A stretch of DNA of 64,000 nt from the NCBI RefSeq assembly GCF_000497125.1, contig NC_090604.1, positions 330,651-394,650 on the forward strand, given 5' to 3'. Below, piece by piece: positions 11,984 through 23,062 of the stretch. Position 1 is the first letter of the stretch; every line of letters begins with the position of its first letter. Source of the DNA: Spironucleus salmonicida (taxonomy: Eukaryota). A model generated the notes under the pieces. The model worked only from the letters and a program-made list of their open reading frames with translations, did no database searches and was not told where the DNA came from. Made by a program: the position numbers and the translations under genes.

Positions 11984-13099
11984 ATGCTGCACGCTGCTTT
12001 TGTAGACCAAGTCCGCACACAACAGACCCCGTCCCGCGTTACGATCGCGAAACTGAACCCTGAAAATCAAACACACGACCGCCCCCACTCCTACGCTTGC
12101 ATCGTCGCAGGGCGCTCCCCGACCTCGGATATAGTTTTGCGCGACCCCTCAACTTCGCGTCTACACTGCATAATATACTTCAAAAACGACACTCCTTTCA
12201 TCCGCGACCTCGATTCCAGAATCGGAACTATCGTCAACGGCCAGCAAATCCCGTCATTTAAAGACTTCCCAGTCGCCAAAAACGACGTAATTTCGCTCGC
12301 TGGAGAGCGCTTTTTGATCGTCAGTTTCGACCAAAAAGGAATGAAAAGCGTCGTTCCCGCTTCAGAAATCCTTCAAGAAACTGTAGTAAACTGCCCATTT
12401 TGCGGCGGACAAGCATATTCGTTTTCCGAGGCCATGAAGGCCGTTATAGCCGAAATTGACCTCGTGAGCGCCGAAAACGACAAAATGCTGAAAGACTAGT
12501 AATATTAGAGGGAGCGGATAGTCGAAATTCAATCGAATTTGGCTCGAATTTACTCGCTCCACTCCGCGCATTACGCGAATGTGATATAAGGCAGAAACTT
12601 GATGAACGAAGAAGCGGAAAATAGAGCGAATTTGGAAGGGGAAGAACTCGTGAAAGAGGAGCTCAGAATGAGCCAATTGAGTCAAATTAGCGCTAAAATG
12701 GAAGAAGAGGCCAAAAAAGTGCAATTTAACGAAAAATCACCCGAAATCATCAAAAAGAGCGTTTTTTCGAGCTTTGTGAGCCTTTTTAAGAGCAAAAAAG
12801 CCGAGGAGGGCGAGCCTGAGGCCAAGAGCGTTCGCGAGCACAAACCGACGCCTTTTGCAGGTAAAATCGAATATGAGGAAGAAGAAGCGGAAAAGGAAGG
12901 GAACGATAACGTGTTAGAAACTGTATAATAATAGGTTGTTGAAGAAAAACACGAAGGAGAGGAAGAAGAGAAAAATGGAGTGGAAATGGAAGAAAGTGCT
13001 ACTGAGAAAGGCGAGGAGCAGTAGGAGAAGAAGTCTGAGAGTAGCGATAAGCCTCCCAGTTATCATTTCGAGGGCGAACAGAAGCAAAATGAAGAGTGA
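11984..13099 (+). CDS. FHA-domain protein with CPFC motif and Glu-rich C terminus, 371 aa
   Basis: FHA motifs GR..SD, SRLH, DLDSRIGTIVNG; ORFs 11984 and 12599 fuse in one frame; ends GAG TGA. Confidence 0.88.
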
Positions 13100-13393
13100 T
13101 GAGGTTTAAGCTTTTTGGGTAGAAGTGGATAAATTGGTATATATTGTATAATAATGTTGTTTAGATATGAAAATGGAATGTTAATATCTAAAATAACATA
13201 GTTTGGAGGGGTGCAGATATTGAATTTTTGGTGAAAACATATTTTTTACTGAGCAAAATGGATAGTGTGGAATTTTATAAACTGCTAGCTTATGGATAAT
13301 AATACATGTTTCATAATTTGGTTTTTACTTGAGAAACTATATTAAAGATATAATGTATTAAATAAAGAGTGTGTATTTCAGAGTTTCATAAAA

Positions 13394-13582
13394 ATGAAAA
13401 CACCGGAATTAGAATCAGACACTAAGGTGCTTCCTGGCATCCGCAGGATAAAGACCGAACAGTTGGCGCGCACAACGTCGTTCTTCGACCACACGCTCGA
13501 AATTTTTGACGATGGTGCTCTGATGGCCTTGTTGGACCAGAACGAGTCCGCAGATGCAGTGGAGTTTATTCAAGCAATGTGA
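13394..13582 (+). CDS. Small hypothetical protein, 62 aa
   Basis: AAAAATG start, TGA stop, GC higher than flanks. Confidence 0.5.
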   Translation: MKTPELESDTKVLPGIRRIKTEQLARTTSFFDHTLEIFDDGALMALLDQNESADAVEFIQAM

Positions 13583-13595
13583 GATATACTATAAA

Positions 13596-13814
13596 TCACT
13601 TCTACTCTGTTCTTAATACATGGGTAAAATAGTCTATACCAGCCTTGCTACGCTTGTCGATGGCCAGGAGAGCATTCCTTGAACTGAAAGTGCGGCTTGC
13701 GGAGGTTGGCGGGGTTGGAATATGCTATAATGGTGTCAGAATGGTTGAACAGGGATCTTCGGACACGTACCTTTGACTTAGGCGGGAAAGTGAAGATTTT
13801 ATTCTGCTTTCCAT
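13596..13814 (-). CDS. Small hypothetical protein, 72 aa (MESRIKSSLS...)
   Basis: AAAAAATG start, open in the TAR=Gln code, ends AAG TGA. Confidence 0.5.
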
Positions 13815-13980
13815 TTTTTGATTTAAGAAGGAGCAATTTGGCGGTAAAATATCTTCCTTATTTATTTATAATAAGACATCTAAATTTTATTTTGTAGAAT
13901 ACTTGATAAGGAGCTTGTCTAACATGTGCAATATATCTGTGCTGCTAAGTCGTAAGTCGTGACAATAAAGTTAAATATGG

Positions 13981-14142
13981 TCACTCTCCCTTACTAGTCT
14001 CGCTTCCCCTTGAGCTATTCTCATCTGAAAAATCCCTGGCCTCCCTTCCGAACATCTCTGACAACTGATCCTGGTCTTCGTCTGGTATATAGTTTGTGTA
14101 TGCGCGCGATGGCTGTGAAATGACTGATTGCTGCCCTCCCAT
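13981..14142 (-). CDS. Small protein, 53 aa, N-myristoylation-like start MGGQQS
   Basis: Open frame ending GAG TGA; MGxxxS. Confidence 0.5.
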   Translation of the reverse strand: MGGQQSVISQPSRAYTNYIPDEDQDQLSEMFGREARDFSDENSSRGSETSKGE

Positions 14143-14539
14143 TCTAAAAGTGGAATGTAATTAAAATGATAATATTATATACTAATATTCATACTATACT
14201 GAAAATCGATTAAACCGAAAAATAATTATTAAATATAATATCAATATTTATCAAATTGTCAAAAAAGTGAATTGTTAATATTTAAACATAAACCGACTCA
14301 AATTTTATCAAATTAATCATAGATTGCTGCTAACGGTTTAACCCACTAATCCTAATTATTATCAATCTTCTACAACAAATTCACCTATTTTACGAAAAGA
14401 AACCTCTATCTTTTAATATGTTTGACTCTTCCACTCCACTACTTCTGTACACTTAATAGCACCCAAAACATTATCTTGCGATTCCTGTACTACTCCACCT
14501 CTCTATATGCACATCTTTTATATACTATGCAATTTACAT

Positions 14540-14612
14540 GCTCGTTTAGCTCAGTAGGTAGAGCGTTTGTCTGATAAGCAGAAGGTCCTGGGTTCGAGCC
14601 CCAGAACGAGCA
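14540..14612 (+). tRNA. tRNA-Ile(GAT)
   Basis: Full cloverleaf; TTTGT CT GAT AA GCAGA; followed by a T-run. Confidence 0.96.
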
Positions 14613-14648
14613 AATTTTTTTCAAAACGGAAATCGCGTAACAAACCCA

Positions 14649-16133
14649 TCAAATCATGTCGTAGTCGTCTCCCCCGAATCCCCTGTCGTCCAGCTGGAAC
14701 TGGAATTTGCCCTCGTCCGACCCCTTGGACTGCGCCAGAATTCGCTCGATGTCGTCGTCCAGGCACCCCTCTTGCGGCGCCAGCCGCTTCACTTCAATCT
14801 GCTCAACCTGCTCGAATCCTGACCCCAAACAACTCAGATAGTTGTTCTTTTCATCTTCAAAAATTTGAATTACATTTTGATTTTCCACTCCTTTTTCATA
14901 ATTTTCCACTCCTTTCCCTTCCTCTCCACTGAGCTCCTCGAAACTGTCCAAAACGACCCGTGAACGCGTCCGCGCGCCCTGAATTTCGTCTATTTGATTC
15001 TATTCATTTTCGTATATAAACTCCCTTTCATTTTCCCTTCCATTCGCCTAAATTGGCGTTCTGAAGCCATCGCTCGTTTCGCGGCGCTGCAGGTCCTCGT
15101 CGTCAATCCCAAAGCCCGCGTTGTGCACAAACGACTGCCCGCGCGGCGGCGCTTCGTCCGAAAGGCTCATTTCCGAAATGCTCATTTCCTGATTTTCGGA
15201 GCGGAATTCGACTTCTGGGCGCGTATTGTTAACAGAACGCGAACGCGCATTTCGAATAGCCTGTTTTGTGGGCGAAACGCTCGAAATAGGAATGGAAAAT
15301 TGTTTTTAAAGTGAATTCTCAAAAGTGTTTTCCGCCGCAAATGCTGAATTTTGACCAATTTTCGGGCTGCGGGCGGTGCCACTTTTCAGGAGGTCGTCCT
15401 GGACGATTATGAGGCGGCACTCGCGGACCTGCTGGATGAGCTCGTTAACGCGTTTGCGAAGTCGCTTGTTATCGCGATTTAGCGTTTGAATTTGCAATTC
15501 TAAAACGACTTTTCGCTCCTTTTCGGAGCATTTTTCTAGTTGAAATTATGCATTTTCGCGTTTCTGGCGCTCGATTTCTCTGTCTTTCTGCTCGATTTTG
15601 GTCACTAGCAGGCCGATTTGGGCAGCCTGGCGCTTAATTTCCGCGTTGAGTGAGTCCGTAGCCAGGCTCGAACTGTTGACCTGCTGGTTTGTATCCGTGC
15701 GGATATTCCGCCCCTGCACGTTAAGCCGTGCGATCGAGTAATTTATTTGGTCGTTCTAAGTTAGTTAATTTTAGTTGTCGCTGAGTGGAATCGCGACGGC
15801 GCGGCGCTGCCACTCTCCGAGCTGGTCCTGGAGCTCAAGGATCGCGTCCTGGAGGTTCTCGCGCTGCCTCTCGCCCTGCAATGCTTCCTGTTCGCGGAGG
15901 CGGAGGCGCAGGGCGAGGCTGTCGACTTGCTGGAGGCCGTTGCGGATCTGGTTCGTGAGCTGGTTCTGCGCCATTTCGGCGCGGCCGAGCGCGGCCTTCA
16001 GGGCGAGGTTCTCCTGCGCCTGGAACGTCGGCCGTTCAGACAGCGCGTTTGTCTGCTCCGCGGCTAGCAAAATCAGCTGCTCCGCGTGCCGCAGCTGCTG
16101 CTTGAGCGCGTGGTTCTCCTGGATCGCGTCCAT
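14649..16133 (-). CDS. Coiled-coil hypothetical protein, 494 aa, acidic C terminus
   Basis: Track ORFs 15771-16133, 15306-15497 and 14649-14951 are one frame joined through TAR codons. Confidence 0.8.
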
Positions 16134-16376
16134 TTTCGAAAGTTGCGCGAGTGGAACTTATTATATTCTATATAATAATGTTAAGTATGGGTTTCAAAAT
16201 CGCCTTTTTGCGAAATATTTATTAATATGTATAAAAATATATTAAAATTTGCACTTCTTTTTAATTTTATGTTATATAATTATTATATAAAATCTTATAC
16301 TATTTCACTTTAAAAACCAAAAACCATAATAACATTATTATACAATTTATATCATATAGTATTTCCAGATTTGCGT

Positions 16377-16613
16377 TCAGACGAGCCGCAGCTCCGGCTC
16401 CTCGTCGCTACCCTCAGCAATGTCCTCCAGTGCGTGGCTCCCCCGCCCAACAAGTCTGCAGATTTCGCGCTTCCGCGGCAGCATTTTGTTCTCGAATTGG
16501 ACCGTTTCAGGCAAAATTGGGACTTGCATTTCCGTCGCAAGCACCATTGAGTACTTCGAGTTCGAGCGGCTGAAGCTGAGTTCGCACGCGCGCGCGCTCA
16601 TGCACTTGCCCAT
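16377..16613 (-). CDS. Small protein, 78 aa, start MGKCMS (possible dual acylation)
   Basis: GC-rich ORF in AT-rich flanks; TGA stop. Confidence 0.6.
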   Translation of the reverse strand: MGKCMSARACELSFSRSNSKYSMVLATEMQVPILPETVQFENKMLPRKREICRLVGRGSHALEDIAEGSDEEPELRLV

Positions 16614-16805
16614 TATATGAAATATATTTATAAACATATAATAATGATATTTTTTTATTTAATTATAACGCATTATTATATATTATATATCTATATTTTC
16701 CCCTTCCATATTAAAAGTCAAAAGATATTTATAATCACATAATAATACTAATTTCCCCTTCCAATTCATCAAATTCAGCAAATTTTCCCTTCCCCACACC
16801 TCCAA

Positions 16806-18329
16806 ATGGACACGCAAACGCACCTGACCCAGAAGCAGACCGACGTCCGCACCTCCAACATCCTGGCCGCGCGCGGCATCCTGAACCTGCTGAAATCCTC
16901 GCTGGGCCCGCGCGGGCTCGACAAGCTGCTCAAAACGCCCCAGAACACGCACCTGATCACCAACGACGGCGCCACGATAATGAAACAGCTGGAGGCGCGC
17001 CACCCGATCTCCAGAATGCTCGTAGAGCTCTCCCAGTCGCAGGACTCCGAGGCCGGCGACGGCACGACGTCCGTCGTGCTGATCTGCTGCCAGCTGCTCC
17101 AGGAGGCCTTAAAACTCATGAATCTCGGCCTCCACCCCCAGCAAATCTCGAACGGCTACCAAAAAGCCGCTACCGAAGCGCTCAAAATACTCGATAATAT
17201 GTCTTAAATAGTCGATCTTTCTTCCACTCCTTTATTGCTCCAAATCGCGAAAACGACCCTTTCCTCAAAAGTCATTTCCTCCTACAGCGACACGTTGGCA
17301 CCGCTCATCGTTCGCTCAATTCGCACAGTTTTTGACGGCAAAAACGTCGATTTGCGCGACATAAAAATCGTGAAAAAACTTGGTGGAACGGTAAGTGAAA
17401 CGGAAGTACTTGATGGTATGGCGATAACGAAAAAACCAGATAATAATGTTATTATATAATAATAATAAGTAAAAGTTTCTTTAATTAATTTTGCGATTTC
17501 CGCTCCAAAATCAAATCTCGATTCCCAAATTGTCGTTTCTGACGACAATCAAATCAACAAATTGCTCGAATAGGAAAGGAAAATCACTCTAAAACTCTGC
17601 AAATAGATCGCTAAAAGTCAAGTTAACGTCATTTTCATCCAAAAATCGATTCTTTCGAACAATCTGTCGGATATGGCGAGTTATTACCTCGAAAAGCTCA
17701 AAATTCAGGTTTTCTCGAACGTCGATAGCGAGGACATGAACTTTTACGCCAAAGCGCTTAATATTAACATTGCCACTTCGCCCGACGAAATTCAAATTTC
17801 TACGGTAAAATATAATACATCTAATAATATATATTATTTAATACCTGAAAATAATAGAATTGCCACAATTGTGGTTCGTGGAGCGAACAAATTGATAATC
17901 GACGAGGCGCACCGTTCGATTCACGACGCGCTTTGCGCTGTGAGGTGCCTCTTCAAGTGCAATTATTTGGTTCCTGGTGGCGGTGCCGTTGAGAGCGAAA
18001 TTAGCGTCAAATTGATGGAAATGAGCAGCCAGCAGGAGGGCGTAGATCAGTATTGTTTCAGGGCTTTCGCGGACGCCATGGAGATCATTTTGCTCACTTT
18101 GAGCGAAAATGGTGGTTTTGGGCCGATTTAGAAGGTTATTGAGGTCAAAAAATAGCATCAATTGGGGGAGTGGAAAATGGGAATCAATTTGAATTCTTAG
18201 GGAAAAATTGAGGATATGCTCGAAAAGCAGGTTTTGATGCCGAAACTTGTCAGTTTGAGCCAGATTCAGCTCGCTGTGGAGACTGCGAGGATGATTTTGA
18301 AGATCGACGATATCGTTATTGGGAGGTGA
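16806..18329 (+). CDS. CCT4: T-complex protein 1 subunit delta (CCT4), 507 aa
   Basis: SLGPRGLDK, TNDGATIMK, AGDGTTSVV, RSIHDALCAVRCL, PGGGAVE, MILKIDD; continuous only if TAR=Gln. Confidence 0.93.
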
Positions 18330-18441
18330 TTGGATTTTCAAGTTTATGGATATTGTGTTAGTATGGGATTATATATAGTTGTTTCTTGATGATAAAAAGG
18401 AGAGATAATTAGGGATCTTATAATGTATGCATATTTTTTAT

Positions 18442-18512
18442 GCTGAAATAGTATAATGGTAGTACAGTCGGTTGTGGTCCGACTGGTCTGAGTTCAATTC
18501 TCGGTTTCGGCA
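18442..18512 (+). tRNA. tRNA-His(GTG)
   Basis: Cloverleaf; GTCGG TT GTG GT CCGAC. Confidence 0.95.
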
Positions 18513-18618
18513 AATTTTAGGCGAGTTGAGAATGATGATTTGAGCCCGAAGCGGTCTTTCAAGGTGAGGTTTGGCTGATTACAGCAGCCATAACGGCTAT
18601 AAGCAAAAGCTTCCAAAT

Positions 18619-18692
18619 AGCCAATATTGGGATTTGAACCCAAGACCTCGACATTACTAGTGTCGCGCTCTAACCAACTGAGCTATACCGGC
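18619..18692 (-). tRNA. tRNA-Thr(AGT), identical to 10204-10277
   Basis: Reverse complement of the first copy. Confidence 0.97.
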
Positions 18693-18803
18693 ATATCTGG
18701 ATAATTATTTAGTTAAGATCAACATAGCAATGATTTAAATAATTATTAGTGGTGTATTATGTTATAATAATCGTTATTAGCATTTTACTTGATCGTCCAA
18801 AAT

Positions 18804-19040
18804 ATGAAAATCGAATTTATCATTCTCATAGCATCCATTTCCGCGTTACTTGGTCTATCCGTACTCGCAATTATTCTCAAACTTACACTAAAAAAGAACA
18901 AGAAGCAACCCATAGTCTTAACAGTCGCAACGCCCAGTAAATATAAAATCAAGAATGGGTTCAAGGTAACTCCTGCGAGCCCAGGAGTAGAAATGCACGC
19001 ATATCCATCCCCAAACTACACGGAATGCAGGGCTGATTGA
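18804..19040 (+). CDS. Small single-pass membrane protein, 78 aa
   Basis: N-terminal hydrophobic helix followed by KKNKK; TGA stop. Confidence 0.6.
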   Translation: MKIEFIILIASISALLGLSVLAIILKLTLKKNKKQPIVLTVATPSKYKIKNGFKVTPASPGVEMHAYPSPNYTECRAD

Positions 19041-19066
19041 GCGAATTATTATAGTTTAAAATGAAA

Positions 19067-19384
19067 TCACAGCATCTATGGCAACTGAGGAGGTAAATAT
19101 TACTCTCCAGCTTGGTTTACATTAGGTTGGCTCACAGCCTAGTTTCTAAGTAAAATATCGATTTAATGATCTTTCTATTGTTATCTAATCATATTGTTAT
19201 TCAAAACTTCCAAGATTACCTTTGACTGCTTCTTTATTTTAGAGAAGCACAGGCAAAACACAACGGAAAATACTATAAATATTAATATTAATAATACTAG
19301 CAATACTATAATCGCTGCAGACATTTCTTCTAATGTGTCTGCATCTTTTCTTTTGTCGTCACCCATCTATGAAGTGTGAAACAT
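19067..19384 (-). CDS. Small single-pass membrane protein, 105 aa
   Basis: TM followed by FCLCFSK; similar to 22661-23062. Confidence 0.65.
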
Positions 19385-19926
19385 AAATATTTGTATTTAC
19401 ACAATAATATAAAATATCTGCATAAATTTTACTAAAGATACACCTGTAAAATTTGTTTGTGGCTCAAGATGATAGTGTGTAGTAATTAATATAGCATGTA
19501 CCATTCCGGTCATTCACCAAAATATTACAGAGAAATTATTTTCAAAACTACTTTACTTTATATAAAAATACTAATTAATATTTTTGTATACTTTATCTAA
19601 GAATCCGTATTCTTTCTAATAATGGTGATTTTATGATCTATTGTCTCGTTGTTCAAGGGGGAAGCATGGGGTTCAATCAAAACGATTAAAGATAAGAGAG
19701 CAGCTAAGAAAGCTCTAAAGGAATAAAATGCTGTTGCCCCTGGAGCCCAATCCGAAATTACTGAAAAGCCTTGCTGACAGCAATGAAGTTATGAACGTTA
19801 AACAAGCAGCGGTGACTGAACTAGAAGAAGATAATCATTTTAGTGAATGAGTTGCATATTTAACATTTTACAAAGATTGTCGACAATATAAATACAAAAT
19901 ACACGAACAGTGGCTCTATACCAAAC

Positions 19927-20244
19927 TCACTACTAAATCTCTCTAGCGCTAGAAACTGAGCACGGTAACGTGTTGTCTGAAATCAAAACACTGGGTACCC
20001 ATATTTGCTCAGCTAAGACAACTTCACAATTATGCTCATGAGTATCATTTATTGTATAGACGATTTTTGTATCGAGTGGCTCTTCAACTGAGTTTACATA
20101 CTACCGTTTCTGGTTTTTGAATACTTTAACAATTACGTAACAAAAGTATGAAACTCCTGCGACTATTAAACAGACAAGGAGTACTATGATCGTAATAAAG
20201 ATGATCTCTAAGGTAGTCAGTTTTGTGTTCTAATAAACTGACAT
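19927..20244 (-). CDS. Small single-pass membrane protein, 105 aa
   Basis: MSVYQNTKLTTLEIIFITIIVLLVCLIVAGVSYFCYVIVK...; ends TAG TGA. Confidence 0.65.
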
Positions 20245-20473
20245 TAATGAAAATTGATACTACTAATATAAATAATATAATAAATATACTAGGTAAAATT
20301 AAAAACTTAAATTATAATTCTACAATAGTTTTAAATTATATACAAGTGGGAGAAAAGCTAAGTACGCTTTAAACCCGTACTTCGCAGAATCTTTATAATT
20401 AATCAAAAACTGATACTACTTTGTATTATATTTGTTAAATAATTATATATTTAGGCTTAATACTATTAAAATT

Positions 20474-20555
20474 CGACACCTATGGGATTTGAACCCATGC
20501 GCACAACGTGCAAAAGATTTCTAGTCTTTCGCCTTAACCACTCGGCCAAAGTGTC
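20474..20555 (-). tRNA. tRNA-Ser(AGA)
   Basis: AAAGA CT AGA AA TCTTT, long variable arm, G73. Confidence 0.96.
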
Positions 20556-20919
20556 ATAACTATTTATGAATATAAATATTAGGCTATAATTACATCTGCA
20601 TAATAATTTTTAAAATTAATAACATTAACTATTTATATAAAATAAAATAAAAATTATAGTTATTTGAATTTTTAATCATGTTCAAGTAATAAAACTTAAG
20701 TAATTAATATCTGGAGATGTACTCCACAGTGGATCGCAATTTTCACTATATTCTGGCAACGATAATTTCTCTATAAGACCTAACTTGCTAGTATTCTAAT
20801 TACTGAATAGGGATTAAGATTCCACTATGATGCAAATAATCCTACCTTGTTAACGACAGAATTTTCTTATATACAAAATCTATAATAACATCCTAGATTC
20901 ACCAAAATTCTTTTACCGT

Positions 20920-20991
20920 GGGAAATTGGTCTAGTGGTATGATTCCTGTTTTGGGTACAGGAGGTCCCGGGTTCCATTCCCGGATTTCCCC
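20920..20991 (+). tRNA. tRNA-Pro(TGG)
   Basis: GGGAAAT/ATTTCCC acceptor stem; CCTGT TT TGG GT ACAGG. Confidence 0.95.
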
Positions 20992-21239
20992 AATATTTTT
21001 ATTATATGCTGACTTTGCTCTTTATTCCATTCTATTAATAGTTTTACCCTCCAATTACCCATATATCCACTCCTCTCTCGCCATAACCTCGCCAGAAACA
21101 TTTACGTTGTATTTCACAATTCCCACTCCGTGGTTTATTTTTACTACCATACAATCTAATATTATCGCATAATCGACTAAATTTTTACTTGCCAAAAACC
21201 ATTCTTTCCCATACCTTACGAATTCACATATTGCTAAAA

Positions 21240-21428
21240 ATGAACTTTAATTTGCAGCTCCAGGATTTCATTCCCGTCATCAGCTTCAACAAGGCGCACT
21301 CTGCGCGCGTCGTCCCGCAGCGGGAGATTATTCTCTACAGGGAATGGAAGGACTTCATGCAAAAAATGAGTCAGCAGAAGGTGGAGCTCATCCAGCTCGC
21401 AGAACGGGTCCACGGGCTGCACGAGTGA
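21240..21428 (+). CDS. Small hypothetical protein, 62 aa
   Basis: AAAAATG start, GC-rich codons, ends GAG TGA. Confidence 0.55.
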   Translation: MNFNLQLQDFIPVISFNKAHSARVVPQREIILYREWKDFMQKMSQQKVELIQLAERVHGLHE

Positions 21429-21553
21429 GTTGAACTGCCGATTTTTCAGTTTTGCAGAGCAGTTTTTATGAGTTTTTATGAGTTTCTATGAGTTTTTTAT
21501 GAATTTCTCGAACTCGCTTCGCGCCCGAACCCCGCAAACACAATATTAACAGC

Positions 21554-22150
21554 TCACTTTTTAGACTTGGAATCGCGTCTAGCCTTCTCGTTTGAGAATC
21601 TGTGCTTGGACCTGAGGTTTCTTAACTCCTGCATTGCGGCATAGCACTCCATTTTGGGGAAATCGGCAACTTTGGCGGTGGCGATAACGGGGGCAGACAT
21701 CTTGAAAGTCATGGGCTTGCAGACCTGGGTCGCAGCTTTGATCTCTTCGGCAGAGGCATCCTTCTTGAAAATGACGATCTTGGAGTTGTAGGCGTTGAGT
21801 CTGTCGACGTTTCTCTTGAGAGAGATTTCGCTCTTGTTGATACGACGCGCATCAACGGAAATGCCGACTTGGCGGGCGCGGATTGGGGTCATGCCGACGG
21901 CCTTAAGCTCGGCAATGGAGAAACCACGGCCTTCACGCTGCTTGAGGTTGTGCTTGATAGAGCAGGAGGTGACTACGGGGCGGAGAGTGGAAGTAGGGCG
22001 GGGGAAAGCATGCTTGGCCTTTAAGACACGAGCAGCACGTCTGGCCTGGGCACGGAAGGGCTGGTTGAACCATGTTTTAACGAGGCTAGGACCTTTACGC
22101 TGACATTTCTGTCTCTTCTGAGTGGAGAAAGCAAGATTGTGGCCGGCCAT
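21554..22150 (-). CDS. RPL13: 60S ribosomal protein L13 (eL13), 198 aa
   Basis: VKTWFNQP, PRP..LRPVV, GRGFSIAELK, GISVDARR motifs. Confidence 0.97.
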   Translation of the reverse strand: MAGHNLAFSTQKRQKCQRKGPSLVKTWFNQPFRAQARRAARVLKAKHAFPRPTSTLRPVVTSCSIKHNLKQREGRGFSIAELKAVGMTPIRARQVGISVDARRINKSEISLKRNVDRLNAYNSKIVIFKKDASAEEIKAATQVCKPMTFKMSAPVIATAKVADFPKMECYAAMQELRNLRSKHRFSNEKARRDSKSKK

Positions 22151-22158
22151 TTCACGAA

Positions 22159-22167
22159 GTGGAGTGG
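22159..22167 (-). promoter_or_regulatory. C-rich upstream motif CCACTCCAC (also at 11823-11831 minus, 9563-9571 plus; CCACTCCA at 60737-60744 minus)
   Basis: Same 8-9-mer lies 6-10 nt upstream of the ATG of RPL13, RPL37, the 9582 gene and the 60730 Myb gene. Confidence 0.65.
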
Positions 22168-22660
22168 TTGCTTAAAATTGAAATTGAAAATATTAATATT
22201 AATATATTTGTATTATAGTAAGTGTAAATTCTTTTTTAGTAAATGCGAGTCTAGAATAATGTCGAAATTTGAATAATTTAAGTTTTGTTACTCGTTTGAA
22301 GGTTCTAAATAGTAAAATATGAATATTTTATAGTTAGCTTGACAGAAAAAATAGATGAAATATCATAATAGCTGAATAAGCAATTTATAGCTATTTTTGG
22401 TAACTATATTATTGGATATTTCATTAATAAATTCATTTTTTCACTTGATTATACCCACTATATTGAAGAGATTATAATTTCAGAATATTTTATCACTTAT
22501 TTTCTAAATACATTTCTGTATTTGCTAAATTGCTACATGTGCTGCCTATAGTCGCTATATTGATCATTTTTAGTGAGAATGAGCTGTAGATGATAATTTA
22601 TTATTGATTCAAATAAATAGATATTACATAATAGAAAATAACTCAAACAAATCTTTTACT

Positions 22661-23062
22661 TCAATGGTACAGCTTTGGGAGTTCTGGGAATACTTGCGGT
22701 GGCTTAATTGTGTTGTCATTCTGCGAATTTATAGGAGGCAAAATTGTGACATTATTCTTTGAAGCCGAAGCGGCAACTCTACCTCCCCAGGCAGTAGGAA
22801 GTCTCACTTAATTTATTTGCATATATTGATTTGGGGCTGCTGTGGAATTTATGACATTTGATTGTATCTAGCTGTTGGTAGTAATTTCTTAAACACTGCA
22901 TATACAATTCTCCATCATGATTTTATACTCCCGCTGCACCTTATTGAAGAAGCAACAAAATGTAATAGAACCACCGATGATGAATGCCATTAAGAGAACA
23001 ACTATAGCTATAAGAACCGCTGATGTATTACTTAAATCGTCATCATCCCTTAGCACCTTCAT
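22661..23062 (-). CDS. Single-pass membrane protein, 133 aa
   Basis: DDLSNTSAVLIAIVVLLMAFIIGGSITFCCFFNK; Pro-containing tail; paralogue of 19067-19384. Confidence 0.65.

Noticed and set aside
16806-18329. Fragmented ORFs suggesting widespread pseudogenes or introns
   Set aside because: All breaks are in-frame TAA/TAG; the frames are continuous in the hexamitid code
21463-21505. Short GTTTTTATGA repeats (and the 2.6-kb array) as CRISPR-like
   Set aside because: No unique spacers, no cas genes, eukaryotic context; simple tandem repeats
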